NCBI GenBank assembly: GCA_964014485.1
Contig: CAXHAT010000108.1
Span: 1 to 26,375, forward strand
Origin: an uncultured Deferribacteres bacterium
Lineage (GTDB): Bacteria > Zhuqueibacterota > Zhuqueibacteria > Zhuqueibacterales > Geothermadaptataceae
Length of the DNA: 26,375 nucleotides
Reading direction: 5' to 3'
The notes beneath the pieces were generated by a model. The model made no database searches and had not been told where the DNA came from. It was given only the letters and a program-made list of their open reading frames with translations. Below, one piece after another: positions 8,477 to 18,974 of this stretch (the stretch's first letter is position 1; each line of letters starts with the position of its first letter). A program made the translations under genes and the position numbers.

Positions 8477-9310
8477 ATGAAAAAGAAGTATTTCTTGATG
8501 AACATATTTTTTCTACTGGCCTTGATTCCTTCACTCCTCGCCGCAAAATCCTCGTCTAACGATCAGTACCTGGGCAAATGGGCTGGCGGCATGACATTTC
8601 TCTCCGGCGAATCTTCCCCGGCAAGTTTCTACTTTTTTGAAAAAGACAATCGCCTTCAGGTTAAATTCGATCTGCCCGGCTACAACGCTTTTGACCTCGT
8701 GGTCGAAGAAATGTCTTTCGACGGCTCGCAGATCGAATTGCGGCGGACAAATTCTTCCGGCGAGCTAACCCGCTATCGCGGCGACATTCAAAACGGCGTG
8801 ATTTTGGGCGGATTTTTTGTCGGCGAAGAGAAGCGCGGGATTTTTCAACTCATACGCAACAACGAACGCCTGTTCAAGCATCTCGAAATTCCCGATTTCG
8901 AAGCGCCGCTGCTTGAAAATGAATCGACCGTGAACAAAACTTCCTTCGCGAACAAATACGTCATTTTGGATTTCTGGACGACCGGCTGCGGGCCTTGCAT
9001 TGCCGAAATGCCAAACATGCACGAAATCTACAAGAAGTTCAAAAGCGAGAACTTCGAAATTCTCAGCCTTTCCCTCGACCGCAGCGCCGAGCTTGTGCAG
9101 CGCTTCCGCGAAAAGCGATGGCCGATGCCTTGGCTCAACGCGCACATTGGCCCGCGCCACGAGATGCTTCGTTCTATGAACATCACGCAGACGCCTACAA
9201 TCCTGCTCATCTCCCCCGACGGAACTATCGTTGCCAAAGACGGAGAATTGCGCGCTGAGAATCTGGAAAAGACGTTAGTGCGGTACTTGGGCGAACCGGG
9301 TGTTAATTGA
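8477..9310 (+). CDS. Secreted TlpA/ResA-like thiol-disulfide oxidoreductase with N-terminal beta-rich domain (paralog 2)
   Basis: Signal peptide, KYVILDFWTTGCGPCIAEMPNM, ILSLSLD, WPMPWLN and TPTILLISPDGTIV. Colinear similarity to 7583-8458. Confidence 0.9.
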   Translation: MKKKYFLMNIFFLLALIPSLLAAKSSSNDQYLGKWAGGMTFLSGESSPASFYFFEKDNRLQVKFDLPGYNAFDLVVEEMSFDGSQIELRRTNSSGELTRYRGDIQNGVILGGFFVGEEKRGIFQLIRNNERLFKHLEIPDFEAPLLENESTVNKTSFANKYVILDFWTTGCGPCIAEMPNMHEIYKKFKSENFEILSLSLDRSAELVQRFREKRWPMPWLNAHIGPRHEMLRSMNITQTPTILLISPDGTIVAKDGELRAENLEKTLVRYLGEPGVN

Positions 9311-9332
9311 GCCCGGCCTTTTAGTCTGCCGC

Positions 9333-9456
9333 GTCTCGTGGCTACGGTCTCCGTAGTCACGCATACCTGGACGCTCTGCGTCCCGTGAATCCAAAAAGCG
9401 AACTGGACGCAGAGCATCCACGCAGGCGTCACGACGGAGACCGTCGTGACAAAAGA
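9333..9456. repeat. Nested palindromic intergenic element (four-hairpin inverted doublet, REP/BIME-like family B)
   Basis: Hairpins CGTGGCTACG-GTCTC-CGTAGTCACG (9337-9361), GGACGC-TCT-GCGTCC (9369-9383), TGGACGC-AGA-GCATCCA (9404-9420) and GTCACGACGG-AGA-CCGTCGTGAC (9428-9450). The left and right halves are inverted copies of each other. Confidence 0.8.
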
Positions 9457-9490
9457 CCACCTTTTTGAATACTGAATTACAGGAAACGCT

Positions 9491-11761
9491 ATGCGCAGCT
9501 TTAAAATAATGTGGGGGCTTGTTTTGCTTTTGTCTGTTCCAAATGTATCTTTCTCGCATCCAGAATTAAACGACACGATCAACAAAGTCGATATCCCGCA
9601 ACTTTCAGCAGCGCCGAAGATTGAGAATTTTCTCTCGATGCGACCGGACGGTGAAATTGAACGCCAAATGATGCGCGTCAGCGGCTTTTTCCAGCGCAGA
9701 CCCAGCGACGGCGAACCTTCCGAGCAGCAGACGGAAGTTTATCTCAGCTACGACGACAGAAATCTTTACGCGGTCTTTCTCGCTTTCGACAAAGAGCCGG
9801 AGAAAATTCGCGCGCGCATGAATCGGCGGGAAAACATCTTCAGCGACGATATTGTCGAAATCATGATCGACACCTTCCGCGACCAAAGACGCGCCTATGC
9901 ATTCGCAGCTAACCCCCTCGGCGTACAGTGGGACGCGCTGTGGACCGAAGGCCGGGATTTTGATGATTCGTTTGATACGCTGTGGCATTCAAAAGGCCGC
10001 GTCACCGACCAGGGCTACGTCGTTTGGATGGCCATTCCTTTCGCCAGTCTCAGGTTTTCTTCCGAAGCGGAGCAGGAGTGGGGATTGATTTTTATTCGCG
10101 AGATTCGTCGCGGCTCATTTGAGCAATCTTCCTGGCCGCACGTGTCGGTCAAAGTTGAAGGCCGTTTGAATCAGGCGGCAACGCTGCGCGGTCTGCGAAA
10201 TCTCTCGCCAAGTCGCAACATGCAATTTATTCCCTACAGCACTTTTCGCTCGTTTCGATTGCTGGATCAACCAACGGCAAAATTTGTCACGGATCAAGCC
10301 AACGCAGACGCCGGAGTTGACGCCAAGTTCGGCATAAAGGACAATCTGGTTCTGGACGTCACGGCGAACCCTGATTTCAGCCAGGTTGAGTCGGACGCAC
10401 CGCAAGTGACCGTGAACCGGCGATTCGAAGTGTTTTTCCCGGAAAAGCGGCCCTTCTTTTTGGAAAACGCCAACCTGTTCCGCACGCCAATTAATCTTGT
10501 TTTTACACGCAGAATCTCAAACCCGCAATTTGGCGCCAGATTGAGCGGGAAAATCGGCGCCTACGCCGTCGGCGGTCTATTGATGGACGACCAGGCTCCC
10601 GGCCGCCAAATCGCGGAAGGACAAACCGGACACGGGAAACGCGCGGGGTTTGGAATCTTGCGCGTGAGCCGGGATATTCTCAACCAATCAACGCTCGGCA
10701 TGATTTTTACAGATCGCGAATTCGCCGACCAACACAATCGGGTCGGCGGCGTGGACGGCCGGCTTAAATTCAACAAAAATTGGGTTTTTACATTTCAGGG
10801 CGTGATGAGTTCAACGAGATCAGAGGAAACAAGCCTGCGCGGCAAAGCGCTGGACGCCGTGCTCGACCGCAACGGGCGGAAATTTAATTATCATCTGCAT
10901 TATACTGACGTCGACCCGGATTTTCGCACACAGCCCGGTTTTATACGGCGCCCGGACATTCGGACGACGCATCAAAATATCAGTTACCGCTTCCGGCCTG
11001 AAGGCAAACTTCTCATTTCCTGGGGGCCGACTGTCTTCAACAGCGGGACTTGGGATTACGCAGGGAATCGGCTCGACAGAAGTCACGGTCTCGATCTGGG
11101 ATTTTCATTTTCCGGTCAAACGAACGTGGTCTTCTTTTTCAATGACAGCCGCGAGCTTTTACGACCACAGGACTTTTCGCAGCTTCCGGCCAACACCGAT
11201 TTTACGACCGATTCAAAAGGATTTTTCTTCAATACCAGCGTCTTCAAACAAATGAGTCTGAACGGCAGCGCGAGCCGGGGCGACGGAATTAATTTCGTTC
11301 CTTCAGGCGGTCAAGCGCCGAAAACGGCGGAACGCACCAGCGCACGCATCAACCTGACTCTGCGGCCAAACACAACCTTCCGCTTTGAAAACGCCTATAT
11401 TCTGTCCCATCTCGAGGACAAGGAAACCGGAGAAAAAGTCTTCACCAATCACATCCTGCGCTCCCGAATCAATTGGCAATTTAACCGCAAGCTGTCATTG
11501 CGATTCATCGTCGAATATAACGCCAATTTGACCAACGCCGAGCAGACTTTCCTGAATACGAGAAAACGAATCAACGGCGATTTTCTGTTTACCTACCTCG
11601 TGAATCCGTGGACGGCTTTTTACATCGGCGCCAACAGCAATTACCGCGACATTGCTCTTATCGCCCAAGAAGACGAGCGCCAAATTCTTGCTGAAGCTGA
11701 TTCTTTTTTGAATGACTCCCGCCAAATTTTTCTCAAGTATTCTTACCTGTTCAGGCTTTAA
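9491..11761 (+). CDS. CBM9-like / DUF5916 domain outer-membrane beta-barrel protein
   Basis: Signal peptide. CBM9-like N-terminus TEVYLSYDDRNLY...DTFRDQRRAYAFAANPLGVQ...MAIPFASLRF. DUF5916 motif LDVTANPDFSQVESD...RFEVFFPEKRPFFLEN...FTRRI. Alternating beta strands and C-terminal FLKYSYLFRL. Confidence 0.85.
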   Translation: MRSFKIMWGLVLLLSVPNVSFSHPELNDTINKVDIPQLSAAPKIENFLSMRPDGEIERQMMRVSGFFQRRPSDGEPSEQQTEVYLSYDDRNLYAVFLAFDKEPEKIRARMNRRENIFSDDIVEIMIDTFRDQRRAYAFAANPLGVQWDALWTEGRDFDDSFDTLWHSKGRVTDQGYVVWMAIPFASLRFSSEAEQEWGLIFIREIRRGSFEQSSWPHVSVKVEGRLNQAATLRGLRNLSPSRNMQFIPYSTFRSFRLLDQPTAKFVTDQANADAGVDAKFGIKDNLVLDVTANPDFSQVESDAPQVTVNRRFEVFFPEKRPFFLENANLFRTPINLVFTRRISNPQFGARLSGKIGAYAVGGLLMDDQAPGRQIAEGQTGHGKRAGFGILRVSRDILNQSTLGMIFTDREFADQHNRVGGVDGRLKFNKNWVFTFQGVMSSTRSEETSLRGKALDAVLDRNGRKFNYHLHYTDVDPDFRTQPGFIRRPDIRTTHQNISYRFRPEGKLLISWGPTVFNSGTWDYAGNRLDRSHGLDLGFSFSGQTNVVFFFNDSRELLRPQDFSQLPANTDFTTDSKGFFFNTSVFKQMSLNGSASRGDGINFVPSGGQAPKTAERTSARINLTLRPNTTFRFENAYILSHLEDKETGEKVFTNHILRSRINWQFNRKLSLRFIVEYNANLTNAEQTFLNTRKRINGDFLFTYLVNPWTAFYIGANSNYRDIALIAQEDERQILAEADSFLNDSRQIFLKYSYLFRL

Positions 11762-11782
11762 TACCCGCAATCGCAACTCAAA

Positions 11783-11810
11783 CAGGCGCTGACTTCGGCG
11801 CCTGCCGTTT
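11783..11810 (+). terminator. Possible terminator hairpin after the DUF5916 gene
   Basis: CAGGCGCTGA-CT-TCGGCGCCTG (11783-11804), followed by only a weak U-tract (CCGTTT). Confidence 0.4.
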
Positions 11811-12004
11811 CATGAACGCCCCGCCCCAACAACAAATATGACTAGTGCTGCACGAGCAACAACGGATTCATTCCGCTTGTCATGAAATGATCTTGACGTT
11901 AAGTTTTCCTCGTCGTCAAAACTGTGCATCAGAGAAAGTGTGAGCATTTTTCAGGTTTTGCTCACATGGTGCATAAAACGCCGAACGAACCGAGGAGAAT
12001 TGGG

Positions 12005-13903
12005 ATGCGTCGTCTAAAAAGTTTTTGCCGGGTTATTGCATTTTCGCTCTTAACGCAAAACTCTATCGCGCAAGAAACGACGCTTGGCCTTTCCGATTCG
12101 GTTGAACTTGAGGCATTTTTTGACGGGATGCTCGAAACGCATCTGGATGTTCATCGCATTGCCGGAGCGACGGTTTCCGTCGTCAAAGACGGTGAGATTT
12201 TTTTCATGAAAGGCTACGGTTACGCCGATCTTGAAAACAAAATGCCGGTCTCCCCGGAAGAAACGCTTTTTCGCATCGGCTCGATCTCCAAGTTATTCGT
12301 CTGGATTTCCGTGATGCAACTTGTGGAACAAGGCAAACTCGATCTGGACGCGGACGTCAACGACTACCTCGCCGATTTTCAGATTCCCGCCGCATTCGAC
12401 AAGCCGATCACTATGAAAAATCTCATGACCCACACGCCGGGCTTTGAAGATTATGTTCTTGGACTTTTTGCCAAAGACGAAAGCAGCCTGGCGCCTTTGG
12501 GAGAAATTTTGAAGCGCGAGCTTCCGGCGCGCGTTCGTCCGGCGGGAGACGTCGGCTCCTACTCGAATCACGGCACGGGCATGGCCGCTTACATTGTCGA
12601 GCAAATTTCCGGCATGGCGTGGGACGATTATGTCGAGAAAAACATTCTGGAACCGCTCGGTCTGACGCGGACGACCTTTCGACAACCTGTACCTGAAGCC
12701 CTCGCCGACGGACTTTCCAAGGGCTACACTTGGGGCGGCGGAGAATTTCATGAGGAAGGTTTTGAATTCGTGCCTTTGGCGCCGGTAGGCGCAGCCAGCG
12801 CCACGGCGAAAGACATGGCGACGTTTATGATCGCCAACCTGCAGAACGGGCGTTTGGGCGAGACAACGATCCTTGATTCGGCGACCTCAAAGCAAATGCA
12901 CAGCCCGCTTTTTCGCCATGCGCCCGAACTGAATTCCATGACGCACGGCTTTATGGACGTGAGCCGAAACGGCCATTGGATTATAGGGCACGGCGGCGAC
13001 ACTTTCTGGTTTCATTCGGTTCTCGGCTTTCTGCCCGAGTACAACGTCGGTCTGTTTTTATCCTACAACAGTGACGGCGGGGGCGGCGCGACGCAGGACG
13101 TTTATCGCGCTTTCATCGACCGCTACTTTCCGCCGGAAGAAACGCCAGAACTGTCGCCGGATGAAAACGCGGCGAAAGAGCTGCAAAAATTCGCAGGGAC
13201 ATATCGCGGCAACCGGTTCCCGCATAAACGTTTGACCAAACTTGCGGCGCTTTTCGGCACGGTTGACTTGGCGGTTTCCGAAGACGGCGAACTGGTGATG
13301 AGCGGATCGGAAAAAACGTACTGGGTGCAAACTAAACCGCTCGTTTTTCATGAACGCGGCGGCGTACGAAAAATCGCCTTTCGAGAAAATGAAAACGGCG
13401 AAATCACCCACCTGTTTTTGGGCGAAATTTCCATCATCGCTTTCGAAAAAGTCAGCGGACTCGATGCTCCGGGCTTCCACAACGGCCTCGCCGTCTTTGC
13501 GATCATTTTGTTTTCGCTCACAGTCATTTTCTGGGCAACCGCCGCTTTGGTTCGGCGACGACAAGGTGCGGAGCTCGATCCTCAGACCAGCATCCCCGCC
13601 CTTGCGCGATTTTTGGCCTGGGCGGCAAGCGCCTTACTGCTGATTTTTATCTTTGGGATGGCTGTTGTTTTAAGCAATCCGAACGACATTGTTTACGGCA
13701 TACCCATGAGCCTGAAAATCCTGCTCGTGTTTCCGATTTTGGCGGCGGCGCTGAGCATCGGCGTACTCATTTACACGGTCTTTATTTGGATGTTTGGAAA
13801 AGGAAGGGTTTTGGGGCGAGTGTACTATACCATCCTGAGCTTTACGCTCATCGCATTTATCTGGCAGCTTCATTATTGGAATTTGCTGGGGTATCGTTAC
13901 TAA
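12005..13903 (+). CDS. Serine hydrolase (beta-lactamase class C / AmpC-like family) with C-terminal membrane anchor
   Basis: ATG at 12005 after GAGGAG, with a signal peptide. Motifs SxxK (FRIGSISKLF), LMTHTPG, YSN and GHGGD. About four C-terminal hydrophobic helices. Confidence 0.9.
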   Translation: MRRLKSFCRVIAFSLLTQNSIAQETTLGLSDSVELEAFFDGMLETHLDVHRIAGATVSVVKDGEIFFMKGYGYADLENKMPVSPEETLFRIGSISKLFVWISVMQLVEQGKLDLDADVNDYLADFQIPAAFDKPITMKNLMTHTPGFEDYVLGLFAKDESSLAPLGEILKRELPARVRPAGDVGSYSNHGTGMAAYIVEQISGMAWDDYVEKNILEPLGLTRTTFRQPVPEALADGLSKGYTWGGGEFHEEGFEFVPLAPVGAASATAKDMATFMIANLQNGRLGETTILDSATSKQMHSPLFRHAPELNSMTHGFMDVSRNGHWIIGHGGDTFWFHSVLGFLPEYNVGLFLSYNSDGGGGATQDVYRAFIDRYFPPEETPELSPDENAAKELQKFAGTYRGNRFPHKRLTKLAALFGTVDLAVSEDGELVMSGSEKTYWVQTKPLVFHERGGVRKIAFRENENGEITHLFLGEISIIAFEKVSGLDAPGFHNGLAVFAIILFSLTVIFWATAALVRRRQGAELDPQTSIPALARFLAWAASALLLIFIFGMAVVLSNPNDIVYGIPMSLKILLVFPILAAALSIGVLIYTVFIWMFGKGRVLGRVYYTILSFTLIAFIWQLHYWNLLGYRY

Positions 13904-13975
13904 TGAGCTGAAACGCTTTCGGCTAAGCTCTATAAATTCATTTTTCTGTTTTAAGGACTCAACTTTCGCGATTCG

Positions 13976-15934
<1,959 letters not shown>

Positions 15935-15973
15935 AATAAACAATAATATTACGCCTGTAAAATGCGCTGATGC

Positions 15974-16069
15974 AAACAAGCTGAAGCTTGAACTACAAAC
16001 CACAGTACTTGTTTGACGCTCGGAGTAGAAGACTGCTCGGTCGTTCGTAGTTCAGCCTTCAGGCTGCTT
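15974..16069. repeat. REP-like inverted doublet, GTAG-headed family C
   Basis: The minus-strand arm reads GTTTGTAGTT-CAAGCT-TC-AGCTTG (15977-16000) and the plus-strand arm reads GTTCGTAGTT-CAGCCT-TC-AGGCTG (16043-16066). Each is a GTAG head plus hairpin. Confidence 0.8.
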
Positions 16070-16119
16070 CGACGTTGCTGCAAACAATCCGACTTCTTGA
16101 TACAAAAGAAATGAGAAAT

Positions 16120-18723
16120 ATGACTTTTACAGTGAAACTTTTGACAAAAACAGACTTTTGGGTTTGGTTGGCATTGATACTTATTTTCGGATGTTCGGAG
16201 TCGAGTAAAATGAACGTTGAAAAAGGCGTTGCACTAGCGCTCGCGGAACATCGTGCCGAGACGATTTCCAATTTGAGCTACGAGATCAAATTCTCCATTC
16301 CCGAAGCTATTGAACAAAGCATTACCGGACATGTTAAGCTCGCGTTCGAGTTGAGTGACGTCAGCGAAGGCCTTGTCATCGATTTTAATGAAAGCCCCGA
16401 CAAAACGCTCTCCGTTCGCAGCGCTAGTGAGCCGGTTGAGTTCGAGATTGAAAACGGACACATTATTATTCTCGCTTCATCGCTGAAAACCGGCGGCAAC
16501 GAAATTGAGATCGATTTCATTGCCGGAGAATCTTCATTGAATCGCAACAAGGAATTTCTCTACACGCTTTTCGTGCCCGACCGAGCTTCGTTTGCTTTTC
16601 CCTGTTTTGATCAGCCAAATTTGAAAGCGAGCTATAGTTTGACGCTCGAAATTCCAGAGTCCTGGCAGGCTGTCGCGAACGGCGGACTGGAAAACGCTAC
16701 AACGGAAAATGGGCAGACAATTTGCACATTTGCGCCGACGAAATCCATCAGTACCTATCTTTTTTCATTCGCCGCCGGAGCGTTCAAAATTGTAGAAGGC
16801 GAGCGCGACGGACGAAAGATGCGTTTTTATCATCGTGAGACGGACTCAGAAAAAGTCGCCAAAAATACAGAAGCGATTTTTGATTTGCACGCGGCGGCGC
16901 TTGCTTGGCTGGAAGATTACACCGGCGTCCCGTATCCGTTTGAGAAATTTGACTTCGCGTTGATTCCGTCGTTTCAGTACGGCGGCATGGAGCACCCCGG
17001 CGCTATTGTATATCGCGCTTCCAGCCTGTTTTTAGAAAAATCCGCTACGCCGAATCAACTGCTTGGGCGCGCCAGCCTGATTGCGCATGAAACCGCGCAC
17101 ATGTGGTTCGGCGATCTGGTGACGATGGACTGGTTCAACGACGTTTGGATGAAGGAAGTGTTCGCCAATTTTATGGCTGCCAAAATCGTCAATCCGAGCT
17201 TTCCTGAAATTAATCACGAATTGCGGTTTTTCCTGGCGCACCACCCGCGCGCCTACAACGTGGATCGCACCGAAGGCGCAAATCCCATCCGCCAGCCCTT
17301 GGAAAATCTAAAGAATGCAGGCTCGCTTTACGGCGCGATTATTTACCAGAAAGCGCCGGTCGTGATGCAGCAATTGGAGCGCATGATTGGAGAAACCGAG
17401 TTTCGTGACGGAATTCGCGAATATTTAAAACGCTACAGTTTTGGCAATGCGACGTGGCTTGATCTGGTGGAGATTTTAGACGCAAGATCAGATGAAGATT
17501 TGAAGGCGTGGAGTCAAGTCTGGGTCGGCGAGCCGGGACGGCCAATCATCGAAACGGCGCCCAAATTTAATGCAGACGGCGACTTATCGGAAATTCTTTT
17601 TTCGCAAAAAGATGAATTGGACGGAACGCGTATTTGGCCGCAAAAATTGAACGTTGCGCTCTTAAACGGCGAAGATGAAAGCGCAGATTTTTTCCCGCTG
17701 ACGTTTGCCGCCGAAACGCTTTCTCATAAATTCGACCGGCCCCTCCCAGCGCCTGAAGCGATACTTGCCAACGGCGACGGCGCGGCTTACGGCAATTTTA
17801 TTCTGGATGAGAAAAGCAGAAAATACTTGATCACCAACGCCCAAATTTCCGGCGATCCGCTGTTGCGCGGCGTTGCCTGGGTGACTTTGTGGGACGAAAT
17901 GTTGAACGGCGCCGTTCCGGCCAAAACATTTTTAGCCGCCGCTTCCAACTCACTTGCCGTCGAAAGCGATCCGCTGGTTGCGCAGCGTATTCTCAACTAT
18001 ATCCAAACCGCCTTTTGGAAATTTCTAAATGGCTCAGATCGAGAGTCAATAGCGCTGAACTTGGAAGAGACGCTGTGGCGACTTATCGAAACGCCGGTTT
18101 CGCCCAAACTGCAAACAGCGTATTTCAGGGCTTTTCGCAGCGTTGCGATGAGCAACACCGCCGTCGATAAATTGCGGCGATTGTGGCGCAAGGAGTTGAC
18201 GGTTCCCGGTCTGGTTATACAGGAAAACGACATGACGACGCTGAGTCTGGAATTGGCCGTGCGCAGCGAAACGGGCGGCGAAGATATTTTACGCGAGCAA
18301 CTGGCGCGCATCGAAAACCCGGATCGTCGTGAACGCATACAATTCATTATGCCTGCGTTGTCAGCCGATCAAAGCGTGCGCAACGATTTTTTTGACAGCC
18401 TGCAAAAAGCTGAAAATCGCAGTCACGAGCCGTGGGTTTTAACGGCGTTGAATTATTTACACCACCCGCTTCGTGTATCTGCTTCAGTGAAATATCTCAA
18501 AAAAAGCCTGGAACTGCTGGAAGAAATTCAGCAAACCGGCGACATCTTTTTTCCCAAACGCTGGCTGGACGCGACGTTCGGCGGGCACAATTCACCGGAA
18601 GCCGCCAAGATTGTCTCGGACTTTCTGGATGGCCGTCCGAACTATCCGCATCGTTTGCGCGGCAAAATTTTGCAATCTACGGATTTGCTTTTTCGCGCTT
18701 CCGCCGCTTTGGCTTTAGATTGA
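16120..18723 (+). CDS. M1-family zinc aminopeptidase (PepN-like, ERAP1-C-type C-terminus), probable lipoprotein
   Basis: FPCFDQP, exopeptidase motif GGMEH, HETAH-x18-E zinc motif and IIYQK catalytic Tyr region. Lipobox-like LILIFGC. Start uncertain (16111 or 16120). Confidence 0.9.
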   Translation: MTFTVKLLTKTDFWVWLALILIFGCSESSKMNVEKGVALALAEHRAETISNLSYEIKFSIPEAIEQSITGHVKLAFELSDVSEGLVIDFNESPDKTLSVRSASEPVEFEIENGHIIILASSLKTGGNEIEIDFIAGESSLNRNKEFLYTLFVPDRASFAFPCFDQPNLKASYSLTLEIPESWQAVANGGLENATTENGQTICTFAPTKSISTYLFSFAAGAFKIVEGERDGRKMRFYHRETDSEKVAKNTEAIFDLHAAALAWLEDYTGVPYPFEKFDFALIPSFQYGGMEHPGAIVYRASSLFLEKSATPNQLLGRASLIAHETAHMWFGDLVTMDWFNDVWMKEVFANFMAAKIVNPSFPEINHELRFFLAHHPRAYNVDRTEGANPIRQPLENLKNAGSLYGAIIYQKAPVVMQQLERMIGETEFRDGIREYLKRYSFGNATWLDLVEILDARSDEDLKAWSQVWVGEPGRPIIETAPKFNADGDLSEILFSQKDELDGTRIWPQKLNVALLNGEDESADFFPLTFAAETLSHKFDRPLPAPEAILANGDGAAYGNFILDEKSRKYLITNAQISGDPLLRGVAWVTLWDEMLNGAVPAKTFLAAASNSLAVESDPLVAQRILNYIQTAFWKFLNGSDRESIALNLEETLWRLIETPVSPKLQTAYFRAFRSVAMSNTAVDKLRRLWRKELTVPGLVIQENDMTTLSLELAVRSETGGEDILREQLARIENPDRRERIQFIMPALSADQSVRNDFFDSLQKAENRSHEPWVLTALNYLHHPLRVSASVKYLKKSLELLEEIQQTGDIFFPKRWLDATFGGHNSPEAAKIVSDFLDGRPNYPHRLRGKILQSTDLLFRASAALALD

Positions 18724-18872
18724 AGCATCAACTTGATTGAGGGCCGGCCTAAAACCCCTGCCAGGGTTAGCTCCCATTTCATGCCCTAAAAACACCTTGC
18801 ATTTCGAGCATGATTTCTTTTTATTTCGCATCCGTCGAAAATAGTAGACAAGATATTTTTACCTGCTAAAAA

Positions 18873-18974
18873 ATGTATTCAAAACATAAACCGTCCGTTT
18901 TTCATCCATTCCCGTCTCAGGTTTCCGCATTGAGAACCGCTCTTCTCAACCCTTTGCTATCCTGCTCTCTATAG
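18873..18974 (+). other. Short Leu-rich uORF upstream of leuS (candidate leader peptide)
   Basis: ATG..TAG, 33 aa MYSKHKPSVFHPFPSQVSALRTALLNPLLSCSL, with 6 Leu in the last 14 codons. No clear SD sequence. Confidence 0.2.

Noticed and set aside
12005..13903. Beta-lactam resistance gene
   Set aside because: The HGG motif in place of KTG and the C-terminal TM domain point to a peptidase-type serine hydrolase.
13906..13924. Hairpin AGCTGAAA-CGC-TTTCGGCT after the serine hydrolase stop
   Set aside because: Weak stem without an adjacent U-tract, so it is not called as a terminator.
18749..18770. Short palindrome AACCC-CTGCCA-GGGTT after the aminopeptidase
   Set aside because: A 5-bp stem in single copy is insufficient evidence for a repeat or terminator.
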